From a virus (lineage: Duplodnaviria; Caudoviricetes): a DNA stretch of 64,000 nt. Every line of letters starts with the position of its first letter. Positions within the stretch are counted from its first letter, which is position 1. A model generated the notes under the pieces. The model saw only the letters and a program-made list of their open reading frames with translations, searched no databases and was not told the DNA's origin. Both the position numbers and the translations under genes were made by a program. Shown here piece by piece: positions 54,435 to 64,000 of this stretch. The stretch lies in the IMG/VR virus record IMGVR_UViG_3300030095_006531, positions 1 to 64,000 of that record, one strand, 5' to 3'.

Positions 54435-57416
54435 TTAGTCTTCAAAAGCAGCACCGCTATTGGTAATTACAAAGTCGATTGCAATAAACTCAATTGAACG
54501 AGCTGGTTTCAAATAAATTTTGGCGTACATAATGTTTCGGTCTACCAAATCTGGTGTTGTGGTTGTTTTGTCCAACAATACCTTAAAGTCGGTCAACCCT
54601 AATTTAATCTTCACATTGTCCAAAAATGGAACAACTTGTGCTGTGAAGCGATCCCATGTTGCTTGAACATTTTGTTCAAACAGTAATGTCGCTGCCATCC
54701 GTGAAATTTCTTTCTTGACATAAATCATCAACCGTCGAACATTTACTCTATCCAAGGCAGATGGTGTTTTTTGTAGTGTTTTTTGTCCGAACATTACGAT
54801 TCCTTCTGCTGGAAATGAAGCGATTGGGTTGATGTTTGCGTCATAAAGTTGATCCCTATCTTTAGAGGTCAATCTTTGGCGTACTCCAATCACTGGAAGT
54901 CCTGCTGCACCGTTGGTCAAACCTCCACGCTTAAAGCCTGCTGGAGCAAACCACAATTCTTCGTTTGCTTGAGCACTTGAGTAGGTGCCGACTGCCGCAA
55001 TTGATGGTGGACCCCAAAAATCCAGTCCGTTGTTTTCATCAACATATTGCAGCCATGGGTAATAAGTTACACCATAACTATTGTTAATAACTCGGTCGTT
55101 CAATGTACTAACAGCGGTTGAAACATTGCCTCGAACATTTGTATTTGAGTCACTTGCATAATATGCTGAACGGTCTGCGCGAGGAGTGTAGTTTCCTTCG
55201 ATGTCAATCACGCCCAAAGCATCTCCCCTATCCTCACAAAGATTAATAATCTTATCAGTCAAGGTACTTTCAGTTAGTCCAGGCATTGTCATCATGTTAT
55301 ATTCAACAACTTCAGGGTCAGCGCATGAATCAACTGCCATCTTAACAGAATTGTAAGCATAGCTTGTAAATTCATTGGCACTATTCCCCAGAGTATTGTT
55401 GTTAAACGGATTCAACTCTTTAATGTTAATGCCGTTGAATCCACCAAACATTGGAGCTGTAAATTTATCGAAATCTGCGTCTAAAATTGCCTTGTATGTT
55501 GGGGCAGAGCCTGTAGCTGTAATCGAGAAGCCAGCTCGTCTTGAACCGGACAAGTAAAATGCTTGCGTAGTAGAAAATGTTGTTGTTCCATCAACAATTG
55601 AACTTGCTGCGGAAGCTGAGTACCTTGTTACATTATCAAGTGTAAATACATACTCATACTCTGTTGGTCCGTTGGTTGAGGTTCCATCTGGGGTTGTGTT
55701 TCCTGGGTCTGTCGCCCTAAGAACATCTGGTAAGCCCCTTACTACGTCAACATAGGAATTCTCGAACCGGTTTGAACTACCAGAACGGCTTGTATCTACT
55801 CCAAAGTACGCATCAGTAGGGCTGGATAGGTTGCCGATTTCCGAACTTCTACGTAAATGTGTTTTTGGATAAAAGAATGTGCCCCTAAATTGGTCGCCTG
55901 CAAATGACATAATACCAGTTGAATAAGCACCTTTTCCACCCACTGACAATACGGCATTGGAAGTATAGGAAGTTGTTGCACCAGAATTGTCCTCTCTGAG
56001 GGTGAGAACTTGGGTTGCAGTCGAACCGGTGACTGCAAATCCACGCAGACGAACTGGGCCATAGTACCCGAATGGAAGAAGTTCAGGATCGGTTGCTCCA
56101 GCGCGGACATCCGAATGTACATCAACATACACATACTTGGATTTGTTTGGATAATCTCCATAATCCCTATAACTTCTATCGGTGTCACTCCATTCTGCAT
56201 AGGAATCGCCGATTTTCCGAGCAATATAATCTTCAGAAGAAGGATTAAGATTGCAATTCGTAAAACTCTCTAAAACTACAGGATCTGCATCACTATCAGT
56301 TGCGGAACGAACTTCGACGGTAAATGTTCCATATGGTTGAAACTCGTTTGGTGCAGCAGTAATGTCTCGAATTGAAACTTTGATATTTTGTTGGTTCCAA
56401 TCACCACCTTCAAGACTTCTAAATCTAAACAACTTTTTAATGTTGTCATTTTTAGGATAAAAACTTGAATAGCTATTTAAGTCTTGCGAGATAATCCACC
56501 CTGTGGATCCTTTGATCAGGTTTGAGCGGTTATGATTTGTGTCAGTGTTAGAATTCGCCAACGGAACCATAACACCTACAACATTTCCGTTTGCACCTGT
56601 ATTTGTTACATACTCATCAATTTCTCTATCATAAGTTTCGCCAAGCACATAGGTTCTTCGGTTGGTAGAAGCATATTGTCTCTCACCCGCAGACCCTAAA
56701 AGTGTTGGGTTGGTGTTAAACACTTTACGAATGTATTTTTTAGAGTTTTCATCAAAATTGAAAGTAATGGTTTCTGAAACGTTCATTGCTGAACCGCTTT
56801 TAACAAGAGCTACAAATTCTTTGTTAGTTCCAGCACTTGTAATCAGTGCATTTGAAGAGCCAGTGGTGACAGTGCCACCCAGTATAGTTCCCGACAAATC
56901 AACACGACCCTCGGAGCAATAAAAAATTGCAGCCAAAGTTCCGGTTTGTGGTGCGACGTTATAGTTTGTACTTGAGGAGTTGATTAAGAAAAGACCCATC
57001 GCGCCGCCGCTTGTTCCCGGAGCGGAAGTTGAATAGGAAGAGCCGATTTCCCAACCTGCTCTACCAGCAGCAGTCCTGTCAGTATTTTCACGACCTAAAA
57101 GGCGAACAAAAGTAACAGCACTGTTGTTTCTGAGCCAAGCTTGTGCAGCGTAAGCTCCATAAGTCGGTGTCAACCCAAAATTACCCTCTCTCCAGATGTC
57201 TCCGCCTTTGTTTCCTGCTTGAGGCATTCCAAAGATTTCTACAAACTCTGAAAATGAATTTACTTTTGTGGGTCGCAATGCTGGTCCTTGCACTGCCGTT
57301 CCGATAATTACTGGACCTATCTCTTCTGGTTCACGAGGTAATTGAGAATTGTCGATTTCTGCAATTTGAATCCCAGGTGAAATAAATCTAAATTTGCTGA
57401 CGCCGGTTTTTGCCAT
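54435..57416 (-). CDS. Tail sheath protein (gp18-like)
   Basis: FISPGIQIAEID N-terminus; YYPW, WFAPAG..RG, NINPI, GQKTLQ, SALDRVNVRRL, FEQN. Confidence 0.95.
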   Translation of the reverse strand: MAKTGVSKFRFISPGIQIAEIDNSQLPREPEEIGPVIIGTAVQGPALRPTKVNSFSEFVEIFGMPQAGNKGGDIWREGNFGLTPTYGAYAAQAWLRNNSAVTFVRLLGRENTDRTAAGRAGWEIGSSYSTSAPGTSGGAMGLFLINSSSTNYNVAPQTGTLAAIFYCSEGRVDLSGTILGGTVTTGSSNALITSAGTNKEFVALVKSGSAMNVSETITFNFDENSKKYIRKVFNTNPTLLGSAGERQYASTNRRTYVLGETYDREIDEYVTNTGANGNVVGVMVPLANSNTDTNHNRSNLIKGSTGWIISQDLNSYSSFYPKNDNIKKLFRFRSLEGGDWNQQNIKVSIRDITAAPNEFQPYGTFTVEVRSATDSDADPVVLESFTNCNLNPSSEDYIARKIGDSYAEWSDTDRSYRDYGDYPNKSKYVYVDVHSDVRAGATDPELLPFGYYGPVRLRGFAVTGSTATQVLTLREDNSGATTSYTSNAVLSVGGKGAYSTGIMSFAGDQFRGTFFYPKTHLRRSSEIGNLSSPTDAYFGVDTSRSGSSNRFENSYVDVVRGLPDVLRATDPGNTTPDGTSTNGPTEYEYVFTLDNVTRYSASAASSIVDGTTTFSTTQAFYLSGSRRAGFSITATGSAPTYKAILDADFDKFTAPMFGGFNGINIKELNPFNNNTLGNSANEFTSYAYNSVKMAVDSCADPEVVEYNMMTMPGLTESTLTDKIINLCEDRGDALGVIDIEGNYTPRADRSAYYASDSNTNVRGNVSTAVSTLNDRVINNSYGVTYYPWLQYVDENNGLDFWGPPSIAAVGTYSSAQANEELWFAPAGFKRGGLTNGAAGLPVIGVRQRLTSKDRDQLYDANINPIASFPAEGIVMFGQKTLQKTPSALDRVNVRRLMIYVKKEISRMAATLLFEQNVQATWDRFTAQVVPFLDNVKIKLGLTDFKVLLDKTTTTPDLVDRNIMYAKIYLKPARSIEFIAIDFVITNSGAAFED

Positions 57417-57462
57417 TGATGTGTATCTCCTTATTTAGTATTACAATACTTAAATTCTTTAA

Positions 57463-57470
57463 TAAATAGT
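57463..57470 (-). promoter_or_regulatory. ACTATTTA putative late promoter
   Basis: Upstream of sheath gene. Confidence 0.6.
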
Positions 57471-57501
57471 ATCTTATCCGAGCAAAAGACAAATGGAAAC
57501 A

Positions 57502-58398
57502 CTATGAGCGGTATTTTCCATTTTTCCAATCTGGTATGTCACCAAATATCACTCTTTCCCTAGGAATGCGGACTTGGACTGCATTTTCTCTTATCACTAT
57601 ATTTGGCTGTTCTTGGTTTTTATCTGCCCCAACCAAATAACCTAAAACGTTTACATTTATTTCTGTCTCATAAATCCTTAGCTCTGAGCCCATTTCGGCA
57701 ACATTGTTTTTTGTTGCAAAATCTTGCTGCATAAAAGCCTCATATTGATGGTCGTCGCGACTAACTATGATTCTAGAGTTGATCCCACCTGTATTCACTA
57801 CAAAAGGTTGTACTATTTCGTTCATTTGTTGTTGATATTCAGTTCTTACGCTGATGGTGTAAGATACGTCAACATATACAGGCATCGGAATTGTAATTGT
57901 TTCATATACAATTTTGGGGTTTTTGTTTTTTTTATTTGGAAAATTAATTTGCTGTCCACCGAATTCACCAGCATTTCCAGCAATCCCAGATTTTTTTCGA
58001 TAAGTGTCTGCATTTAAAAAGTTGGCTGATTTATTTTGTTGGACTTGACGAGCAATTGTAATTGAGCCTCCTTTTTTATCTGGAACCGGAAACACGTTGC
58101 CATAAAAATTTCCTTTTTTGTTTGGATTTTTTTCAAATTTGTTTCTTCGTATAGCGATAATAGGAAATATGAGAGTCCCTTCAGAATCTCTTAAATTTTT
58201 ATGATTTTTGATCTGTGAAGAGCGTTCTCCCGACACCCATACGCATGGAACTTTTTTAAAGCCTTTGTTGGTCGTGCAGAAAACATCCATCTGTTGTTGG
58301 ATCCAATCATACATGGCATAATCAATCGTTTCTAATGTAGATGGTTTAAAAGGTAAGATTTGCTTGATGGTTCCGCTAATGTTGGTTCTATCTTTCAT
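57502..58398 (-). CDS. Tail completion / terminator protein (gp15-like)
   Basis: IFPIIAIRR, PVYVDVSYTI...QQQMNEIVQ; synteny. Confidence 0.7.
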   Translation of the reverse strand: MKDRTNISGTIKQILPFKPSTLETIDYAMYDWIQQQMDVFCTTNKGFKKVPCVWVSGERSSQIKNHKNLRDSEGTLIFPIIAIRRNKFEKNPNKKGNFYGNVFPVPDKKGGSITIARQVQQNKSANFLNADTYRKKSGIAGNAGEFGGQQINFPNKKNKNPKIVYETITIPMPVYVDVSYTISVRTEYQQQMNEIVQPFVVNTGGINSRIIVSRDDHQYEAFMQQDFATKNNVAEMGSELRIYETEINVNVLGYLVGADKNQEQPNIVIRENAVQVRIPRERVIFGDIPDWKNGKYRS

Positions 58399-58400
58399 TT

Positions 58401-58892
58401 CTATCTCCCATCAAACAAGCCTTGACGAGATTTTTTACACTTGGCTGAAATCTCTAACATGTAATCTTTATTACCAAACAAGCGTTTTGGTTCTGTCAAA
58501 GTAACTATCTCATAATAAGATTCGCCATAAAGAATAAAATCACCCTCTCTTACGTACAAATCTTGATCTTCAGTTAATCGGCGCTTGTGAAAATGGCACG
58601 TGACCATGTAATCTCTATCTACACCATATTGGGTAGTATTAGATTCGTTCCCTTCCCAATCGATAAGAACATAAACCCTTATAGGTGCTAAAAAGTTTTT
58701 CTCTATTGCTTCTTCGTATAAAGGGTGAAAGTTGGTGTGGGTCTGGCTTATTGGATAATATAAGACAGTCTGACCGATTACTCGCTCCATCAATTCATCA
58801 TTGACTTGTTTGACCAAATCTCTTTCTTTTTTGTTAAAAAAAAGAGGAGGTGGAGGACTGTCGGGTCTGTTCCATTTATTATCATCTGCCAC
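58401..58892 (-). CDS. Neck / head closure protein (gp14-like)
   Basis: IGQTVLYY, LYEEA, REGDFI..G...YEI. Confidence 0.78.
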   Translation of the reverse strand: MADDNKWNRPDSPPPPLFFNKKERDLVKQVNDELMERVIGQTVLYYPISQTHTNFHPLYEEAIEKNFLAPIRVYVLIDWEGNESNTTQYGVDRDYMVTCHFHKRRLTEDQDLYVREGDFILYGESYYEIVTLTEPKRLFGNKDYMLEISAKCKKSRQGLFDGR

Positions 58893-58897
58893 TTGAT

Positions 58898-60208
58898 TTA
58901 CCCTCTATAGACCCCTAAAGGAATTTGTACTTGAATTCGACTAGAGTCTTCGGACATTTTAGCATCTTTCTCCATAACTGCCGCATATGTTAATTCATCT
59001 AATAACGCTTTTAATTCTTCTTTTAAGCTATTCTGCTCTTCTTTGGCCTGAGAGCCCAACTCAGATGCATTTAGTGTGACCGAATCGCCAGGAATTGGAA
59101 CTGTGGCAAACTTACCGCGCACTTGTGCAAGCATTTCTTTAGAAATTGCTAAAGCGTATTTCCTAATCCATTGCTTACCCATGCTATTGATGTTGTCGTA
59201 TGGGATGTTGGCGAATGGTATGGTGTTATAATTGTTGACCCCATCGGCACCGTCTTTTCTTGTGTCGTCTTGAACCCAAGAATCAGTATGAACACTAAAT
59301 TCGAACCACACTTTTCGTGGTGAGCCTGTACCAGGTTCGGTGGGTGGTGGATAAAGTCGAATCTTGTTGTCTCTTATTTCATAAGAATAGTGTGAAGCGC
59401 GGGTGTAAAGGCTGGTTTCAAAAGCCATTGCTTGTAATTTATTTTGCCAAGCCGGAACGACCTCAAATGTGGATTCATCCGAATATTGACCATATGTGTT
59501 TAAATTGCCTACAACATTTAATCCGCCGTAGTACCCATAAAATCTCCACATCACACCAGGCGACCGATAATACACTCTTCTAATGTCGATTCTTTTATTA
59601 TTAATACTACCCGTAAAAGCTATATCATCTGTGGCTGATGAAGATACGGACAAGTCTTGAACAATCTTTTGTAGATCATATTCTTGTTGGTTGTTTTGCA
59701 CATCGATAGAGGCTGAGTAGATCGTTACATCAGGTCCAATGGCTGCACCGGCTGCGAGTCCCCTACTAACTCTTTTGCCATATTCAAAAGTAAATTTTGG
59801 GTATTTAAGGGATGCATGGGTTCCTCCCAAACTAGAAGAAAGTGAGCCGGATTGTATCTTCCCTTCATGATCGAATGTTCCGGTTGCATTTCCCAAGAAA
59901 TCGGACAAAACATTTTTGGCCTGATGATTGTTGACAATATAAGAATATTCTAGGGTGGCCAACTCATAAGATGTATAAACATTGTCCTCAGTCAACTCGA
60001 TGTCTAAAACATCGCCACCAAGCATCTTATAAGTTAAAGAAACCTGCGCGACGGCACCAGAAATCCATTCAGTAGATTTCATTGTACCATCAAGATAAAC
60101 ACCATACGGCACACTTGTTGATATTACCTTGTCATAGGAACCGGTTGATTTTAGTACATATGGACTGGTTTTTTGGACTGGTGATAGTTTAGGTGGTGCT
60201 GTAGCCAT
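58898..60208 (-). CDS. Neck / head-tail adaptor protein (gp13-like)
   Basis: LGGDVLDIELT, WIRKYALA..KEMLA.VRGKF..VPIPG..VTLNA. Confidence 0.82.
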   Translation of the reverse strand: MATAPPKLSPVQKTSPYVLKSTGSYDKVISTSVPYGVYLDGTMKSTEWISGAVAQVSLTYKMLGGDVLDIELTEDNVYTSYELATLEYSYIVNNHQAKNVLSDFLGNATGTFDHEGKIQSGSLSSSLGGTHASLKYPKFTFEYGKRVSRGLAAGAAIGPDVTIYSASIDVQNNQQEYDLQKIVQDLSVSSSATDDIAFTGSINNKRIDIRRVYYRSPGVMWRFYGYYGGLNVVGNLNTYGQYSDESTFEVVPAWQNKLQAMAFETSLYTRASHYSYEIRDNKIRLYPPPTEPGTGSPRKVWFEFSVHTDSWVQDDTRKDGADGVNNYNTIPFANIPYDNINSMGKQWIRKYALAISKEMLAQVRGKFATVPIPGDSVTLNASELGSQAKEEQNSLKEELKALLDELTYAAVMEKDAKMSEDSSRIQVQIPLGVYRG

Positions 60209-60225
60209 TTTTTTCTCCTCCTAGT

Positions 60226-60233
60226 TAAATAGT
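60226..60233 (-). promoter_or_regulatory. ACTATTTA putative late promoter
   Basis: Upstream of neck gene. Confidence 0.6.
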
Positions 60234-60255
60234 TGAAAAAGGCTGAAACGAAAAA

Positions 60256-60292
60256 GAAAACCCTGCCTCTCACGAAGAAAGACAGGGTTTTC
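60256..60292 (-). terminator. Terminator after major capsid gene
   Basis: gaaaaccctg/cagggttttc stem plus U-run. Confidence 0.8.
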
Positions 60293-60317
60293 AATGATTA
60301 TAAAGACATCTAATAAA

Positions 60318-62066
60318 TTAGAGTAAGTCTTCTACGATTACGAGTCCGTACATATCTGGACGCACCATCTTCTTACCGTAACGGGTCATGACACCCTTAC
60401 GTGGTACGAAGTCTTCTGGTCCAAAAATGGTTGGAGTAACTTGTAATGGCACATAAGGTGCATATACGTAGCCACTTTCTAGGAAGCTATTGCCCTTACG
60501 ACCTACAAGTAGAACATTTCGTGGGAAATATGGATCAACATAGATGTCCCATTTCTTGCTCACTTGGCCAACCTTAACTGCACCGGCAGTTCCACGATTC
60601 TCATCGGCTGTTGTGTCAGCACGGAAACCACTAGTAAACTCAAGAACGTTTGCAACTTCTGGGCTAGTAACGATAAAGTTCGCCCCGCCGCGAAGTGTCT
60701 TTCTGTGAATTTGTGCAGAAACATCATTGACTGTCTCAAGAAGTGTCTCGTACCATTCAGAAACAGTACCTGTGAAATCCGGATACAATGTTTCGTTGGT
60801 AGATGAACCGCCTGGGGCAGCTGCTGTTCCGCTACGCGCTACAAACTTACCTGGTTTACGTGACCAGAAGAAAGTTCCTGCTTGTGCGCCAATAATCAAA
60901 TCTTCAAGAATTTCTTGATCGATTTCAAGTGCAATTGTTTCAGAAAGAATACCAGTCAACTCAACTTCAGCATCCAAGTTGTGGTATGCATTGATGTCTT
61001 GTTGCAGTTCTGGTGTCCATTTGGCCTTTAACTTCTTGGTTACAGCGGTGATTGATACACTGTCAACCTTGATGTCAATTTCTGGAATTTGGTTTGTATT
61101 TTCAAGTGCCCAGTCGGTTCGACCAACAATAGCACCTTTTGCAACACCAGAGGTGGTGAATGCATCTACAATTGAACCAGTTGCAATATCAACCAGAGGT
61201 ACAGAAGCGGTAATGTCACTATTTTTATTAGCAGCACCAGTCCACTCAAAGACAAAAAGAAGCTCAGTGCCGTCACGACCTCCACCAACAAAAGAGCCAC
61301 TGCTAAGTTGCGTTAGGCGTCGAACTTGTCGAATGTTAGTAAGACTACCAACAGAAGCATCATTTACTTCAACCGTGATTAAATCATCAAAATTGAGTGT
61401 TTTTTGAGCTGTTTCAAAGCTGGATCTAGCAATTGAGCCAATGCCGACAACACTACCTGAAAGATCAGGGTCATAACGAGTGATCGCATTAGCGTTTGCG
61501 GGAGTTAGGCTTGACCACGAGGCTGCATCTGTTGCAGACGCTGTACCCCAACCCAATAGTGTGGTTGTCAAAGATGCAAATGAAGCAGTTGGACTAGAAT
61601 AGCCATTATTAAGAGCGTAAAAGCTCTTCTCTGCATTAGCACCAGTTAGATCAACACCACCAGTGATTTGATTACCAACTGCACCACCGCCATAGACGGA
61701 ATTGCCTTTAGTATACTGCGCCTTGGTGTCTCCATAGGTAAAGTCTAGGAAGAAAATAAGGCCAGATGGCAAGCTCATTGGTTGAACTGACACTAGCTCA
61801 TTTGCGATTAGTCCACCAAATACTCGACGGACAATTGGAAATGCAACCGCAGCGAAGCCTTCAACATCACTACCTTGCATTGTAGATGCTTCACGAAGAA
61901 GCTCTTTTGCTTGGTTTTCAAGAAGTGCAGCCATACTATTACGACCGTGATCACTCTCTAAACCTTCTAGAAGACCAGTTTTTTCCCATTTGTTGAGAAC
62001 AGCTTGACCTTCTTTTTGGACATTGCGACTAACAATACCCTCAGTAAGTTTTTCGATAATACTCAT
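60318..62066 (-). CDS. Major capsid protein (T4 gp23-like)
   Basis: KWEKTGLL, VQPMSLPSGLIF, KKLKAKWTPEL.QD, EID.EI, YAPYVPL, PRKGVMTRY. Confidence 0.95.
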   Translation of the reverse strand: MSIIEKLTEGIVSRNVQKEGQAVLNKWEKTGLLEGLESDHGRNSMAALLENQAKELLREASTMQGSDVEGFAAVAFPIVRRVFGGLIANELVSVQPMSLPSGLIFFLDFTYGDTKAQYTKGNSVYGGGAVGNQITGGVDLTGANAEKSFYALNNGYSSPTASFASLTTTLLGWGTASATDAASWSSLTPANANAITRYDPDLSGSVVGIGSIARSSFETAQKTLNFDDLITVEVNDASVGSLTNIRQVRRLTQLSSGSFVGGGRDGTELLFVFEWTGAANKNSDITASVPLVDIATGSIVDAFTTSGVAKGAIVGRTDWALENTNQIPEIDIKVDSVSITAVTKKLKAKWTPELQQDINAYHNLDAEVELTGILSETIALEIDQEILEDLIIGAQAGTFFWSRKPGKFVARSGTAAAPGGSSTNETLYPDFTGTVSEWYETLLETVNDVSAQIHRKTLRGGANFIVTSPEVANVLEFTSGFRADTTADENRGTAGAVKVGQVSKKWDIYVDPYFPRNVLLVGRKGNSFLESGYVYAPYVPLQVTPTIFGPEDFVPRKGVMTRYGKKMVRPDMYGLVIVEDLL

Positions 62067-62089
62067 TGTATTAATTCTCCTTAAATAAT

Positions 62090-63304
62090 TTAAATAATTC
62101 CTGCAAGCCTCTTCATTCGCTCTGCGGCGGAATCCGAAGATTGCGTTTTTTCTTTGTTTGATTTCAAAACAAGCCTGTTATTTTTACTTATAGCTTCTCT
62201 TAGATTCTTCGGAGTGTTTTGATTACTCGAAGGTAAAGATTCCTGTAAGGTTTCATAAATAACCTTGGCTTCTTCAGTTGAATTCGCGTTTGAAACCGCT
62301 TCGACAAGATTTTCTTTTTGTCGCTCATTCAAGGAGTTGGATTCCAGTATTCGATTCTTGTATACCAATTTGGCATTTGTTGTGTTAAGTTCAGTTAGTT
62401 TTTCACTAACTTGACGGGCAATACTCTTAAGTTCGTTGTGCTCACCTTCAAGCCTATTCTTATCAGACTTGAGAGAATTTACTTGCTCTTCTAATTTTGC
62501 GATTTTTTTAACAGCTTCTTCAAAGGCTGCGTTTTCTTCTTCGTTCTCGGTTGATTCATCTGCTGCTGCTGCAACATCGACTGCATAAATTTGTTGAGCT
62601 TTGGTTGGATGAGTAGTTCCCAAATCTCCACGAGGCACATTTTCTAAATCAACTTTTAACATTTCTGCAATTGCATCTTTAAGAGATTCTTCATCAAGCT
62701 CAATCTCTTCTTCTAGTTCTTCTTCTAACTCTTCTTCCTCAAAAACTCCACGACCTTTCAAGATGTCGGCTTGTGTAACTTTACCATCTCCTGTTAGGTC
62801 TGGGAACTTTTTACCTTCAGCAAAAGCATCTACTAGGGCGTCTTCCACCTCTTCTTCTTTAACGTCTTCGGCGTCCGTATCATCTTCCATCTCTTCATTT
62901 AGGAGATTTTCAAGATCAGAGGTGTTTGCTTCAAACATAACTTCATCTTCTTCATCTTCTACATCAGAAGCAGCTTTCATAAGAGCATCCAAGTCTAGTT
63001 CAACGACTTCCTTGTCTTCAGGACAAGGACAAGCATCTTGACCATCTAGAGCTTTCATGGGGATTTGATCTGTAAATTCATCAGGTTCGGGTGCTGCTGG
63101 ATCTATCATGCTTGCGCCTTCAAAATCTTTTTCAGCTTCTAGACCCATTAGATCCTCTTCTTCAGTTTGCTCTAGCAATGTGTCAACCGCTTCTTTAATT
63201 TCGCCTGCATATTTTTCAAGAACTTCCTGTTCCGCGTTCTTAATTGCAGCTTCTTTAAGTGCTTGGGCATCTATAACTGCTTGTTCTAACATTGATGATG
63301 ACAT
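62090..63304 (-). CDS. Prohead core scaffolding protein (gp22-like)
   Basis: Acidic and coiled-coil; NAKLVY.N, ends ERMKRLAGII; directly upstream of MCP. Confidence 0.85.
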   Translation of the reverse strand: MSSSMLEQAVIDAQALKEAAIKNAEQEVLEKYAGEIKEAVDTLLEQTEEEDLMGLEAEKDFEGASMIDPAAPEPDEFTDQIPMKALDGQDACPCPEDKEVVELDLDALMKAASDVEDEEDEVMFEANTSDLENLLNEEMEDDTDAEDVKEEEVEDALVDAFAEGKKFPDLTGDGKVTQADILKGRGVFEEEELEEELEEEIELDEESLKDAIAEMLKVDLENVPRGDLGTTHPTKAQQIYAVDVAAAADESTENEEENAAFEEAVKKIAKLEEQVNSLKSDKNRLEGEHNELKSIARQVSEKLTELNTTNAKLVYKNRILESNSLNERQKENLVEAVSNANSTEEAKVIYETLQESLPSSNQNTPKNLREAISKNNRLVLKSNKEKTQSSDSAAERMKRLAGII

Positions 63305-63336
63305 TCAAATCTCCTAATAGTAATAATTGTCTCAAA

Positions 63337-63344
63337 TAAATAGT
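63337..63344 (-). promoter_or_regulatory. ACTATTTA putative late promoter
   Basis: Upstream of scaffold gene. Confidence 0.6.
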
Positions 63345-63379
63345 GTGTAAAATTGTTAAAATACTAAAATTGTAGTATA

Positions 63380-63787
63380 TTAGCCAACTCCTGCTGATCC
63401 AGACCAGTTGTTTTGTATGGATCCTGTTGGTATGTTTGTTAGACCGGCAACAAGATCAAATGCTGAATCTGATGAAATTATTCTTTTGTAGTAGAGTTTG
63501 GTGACTTTTACATGAAGAGTGATTGAGTTTGTATCATTTTCTACATTTGCAGATAATAAATCAAAATAATTATTTGTATCCATTCCATTTTCTGAAAAAG
63601 ATATTCTTGGGCCATCAGCAGCAAGGAGTGTTTCAATGTTTCTTATGTGAATCCAATTTGTTATTGTTGGGAATTCTATAACTTGTATTGCTGCCTTAGC
63701 GATAAGACTACGAAAATATGGTTTACTTGAAACTTGATACGATCCAACATGTCCTAAGCCGGGTTGACTCAAAGTATAAACGCTCAC
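63380..63787 (-). CDS. Putative virion protein, GLGxVGSYQ family
   Basis: GLGHVGSYQVSSKPY...VAGLT...NWSGSAGVG. Confidence 0.7.
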   Translation of the reverse strand: MSVYTLSQPGLGHVGSYQVSSKPYFRSLIAKAAIQVIEFPTITNWIHIRNIETLLAADGPRISFSENGMDTNNYFDLLSANVENDTNSITLHVKVTKLYYKRIISSDSAFDLVAGLTNIPTGSIQNNWSGSAGVG

Positions 63788-63999
63788 TATCCTATCCCCG
63801 CAGACCCAGACCAGTTGTCTCTAATTGATTCGGTAGGTACACCAGTTAATCCCGCAATTACGTCTACTTTATCCGAAGAACCCGTTAAGTAAATTTTAGT
63901 CATTTTTAATTCCATTCGTGGCGTTGTTGCGTTTCGTCTTGCTCCACTTCCGTTATAGTCATCAGAGACTCTAAAGTATTCTCCTGTTATGAAACCATT
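63787..63999 (-). CDS. Third paralog of the same family (partial, C-terminus only)
   Basis: Manual translation: ...MELKMTKIYL...VIAGLTGVPTESIRDNWSGSAGIG*. Confidence 0.75.
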   Translation of the reverse strand, partial: NGFITGEYFRVSDDYNGSGARRNATTPRMELKMTKIYLTGSSDKVDVIAGLTGVPTESIRDNWSGSAGIG

Positions 64000-64000
64000 A

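Noticed and set aside
1633-63317. Numerous + strand ORFs (60-180 aa) opposite - strand genes
   Set aside because: Antisense shadows of well-supported genes with no RBS or motifs; only 27577-27999 and 28262-30409 accepted on +
1-64000. tRNA genes, stop-codon recoding, inteins/introns
   Set aside because: No cloverleaf or T-loop motifs in the small intergenic gaps; TAA, TAG and TGA all end genes; DnaE, RNR, helicase, RecA and MCP have ordinary lengths

Overview
Gene-dense, AT-rich (roughly 35-38% GC by eye) 64 kb segment of a large T4-like (myovirus-type) jumbo phage genome, standard genetic code, almost entirely on the - strand. From right to left (transcription direction): head/neck/tail module (scaffold, gp23-like MCP, gp13/14/15-like neck, sheath, tube, frameshifted tail chaperone, tape measure, baseplate, LysM); replication/metabolism module (minimal family A polymerase, MazG-like, divergent tubulin, SSB, RecA, PMM, 5'-3' exonuclease, helicase, class II RNR, GroES, ThyX, PMI cupin); a two-gene + strand fibre island; DnaE, dUTPase, N6-adenine MTase, ClpP, amidase, GroEL, Hsp20; and a 12 kb array of diverse genes sharing short N-terminal leaders that resemble T4 capsid-targeting sequences, some identical at DNA level. 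A Cys-rich lipoprotein missed by the ORF track runs off the left edge. Two promoter classes are visible: sigma70-like promoters, several apparently giving leaderless mRNAs, and an ACTATTTA motif before structural genes. All family assignments come from motif recognition by eye, not database searches. Several starts were moved from the ORF track using RBS/promoter context.
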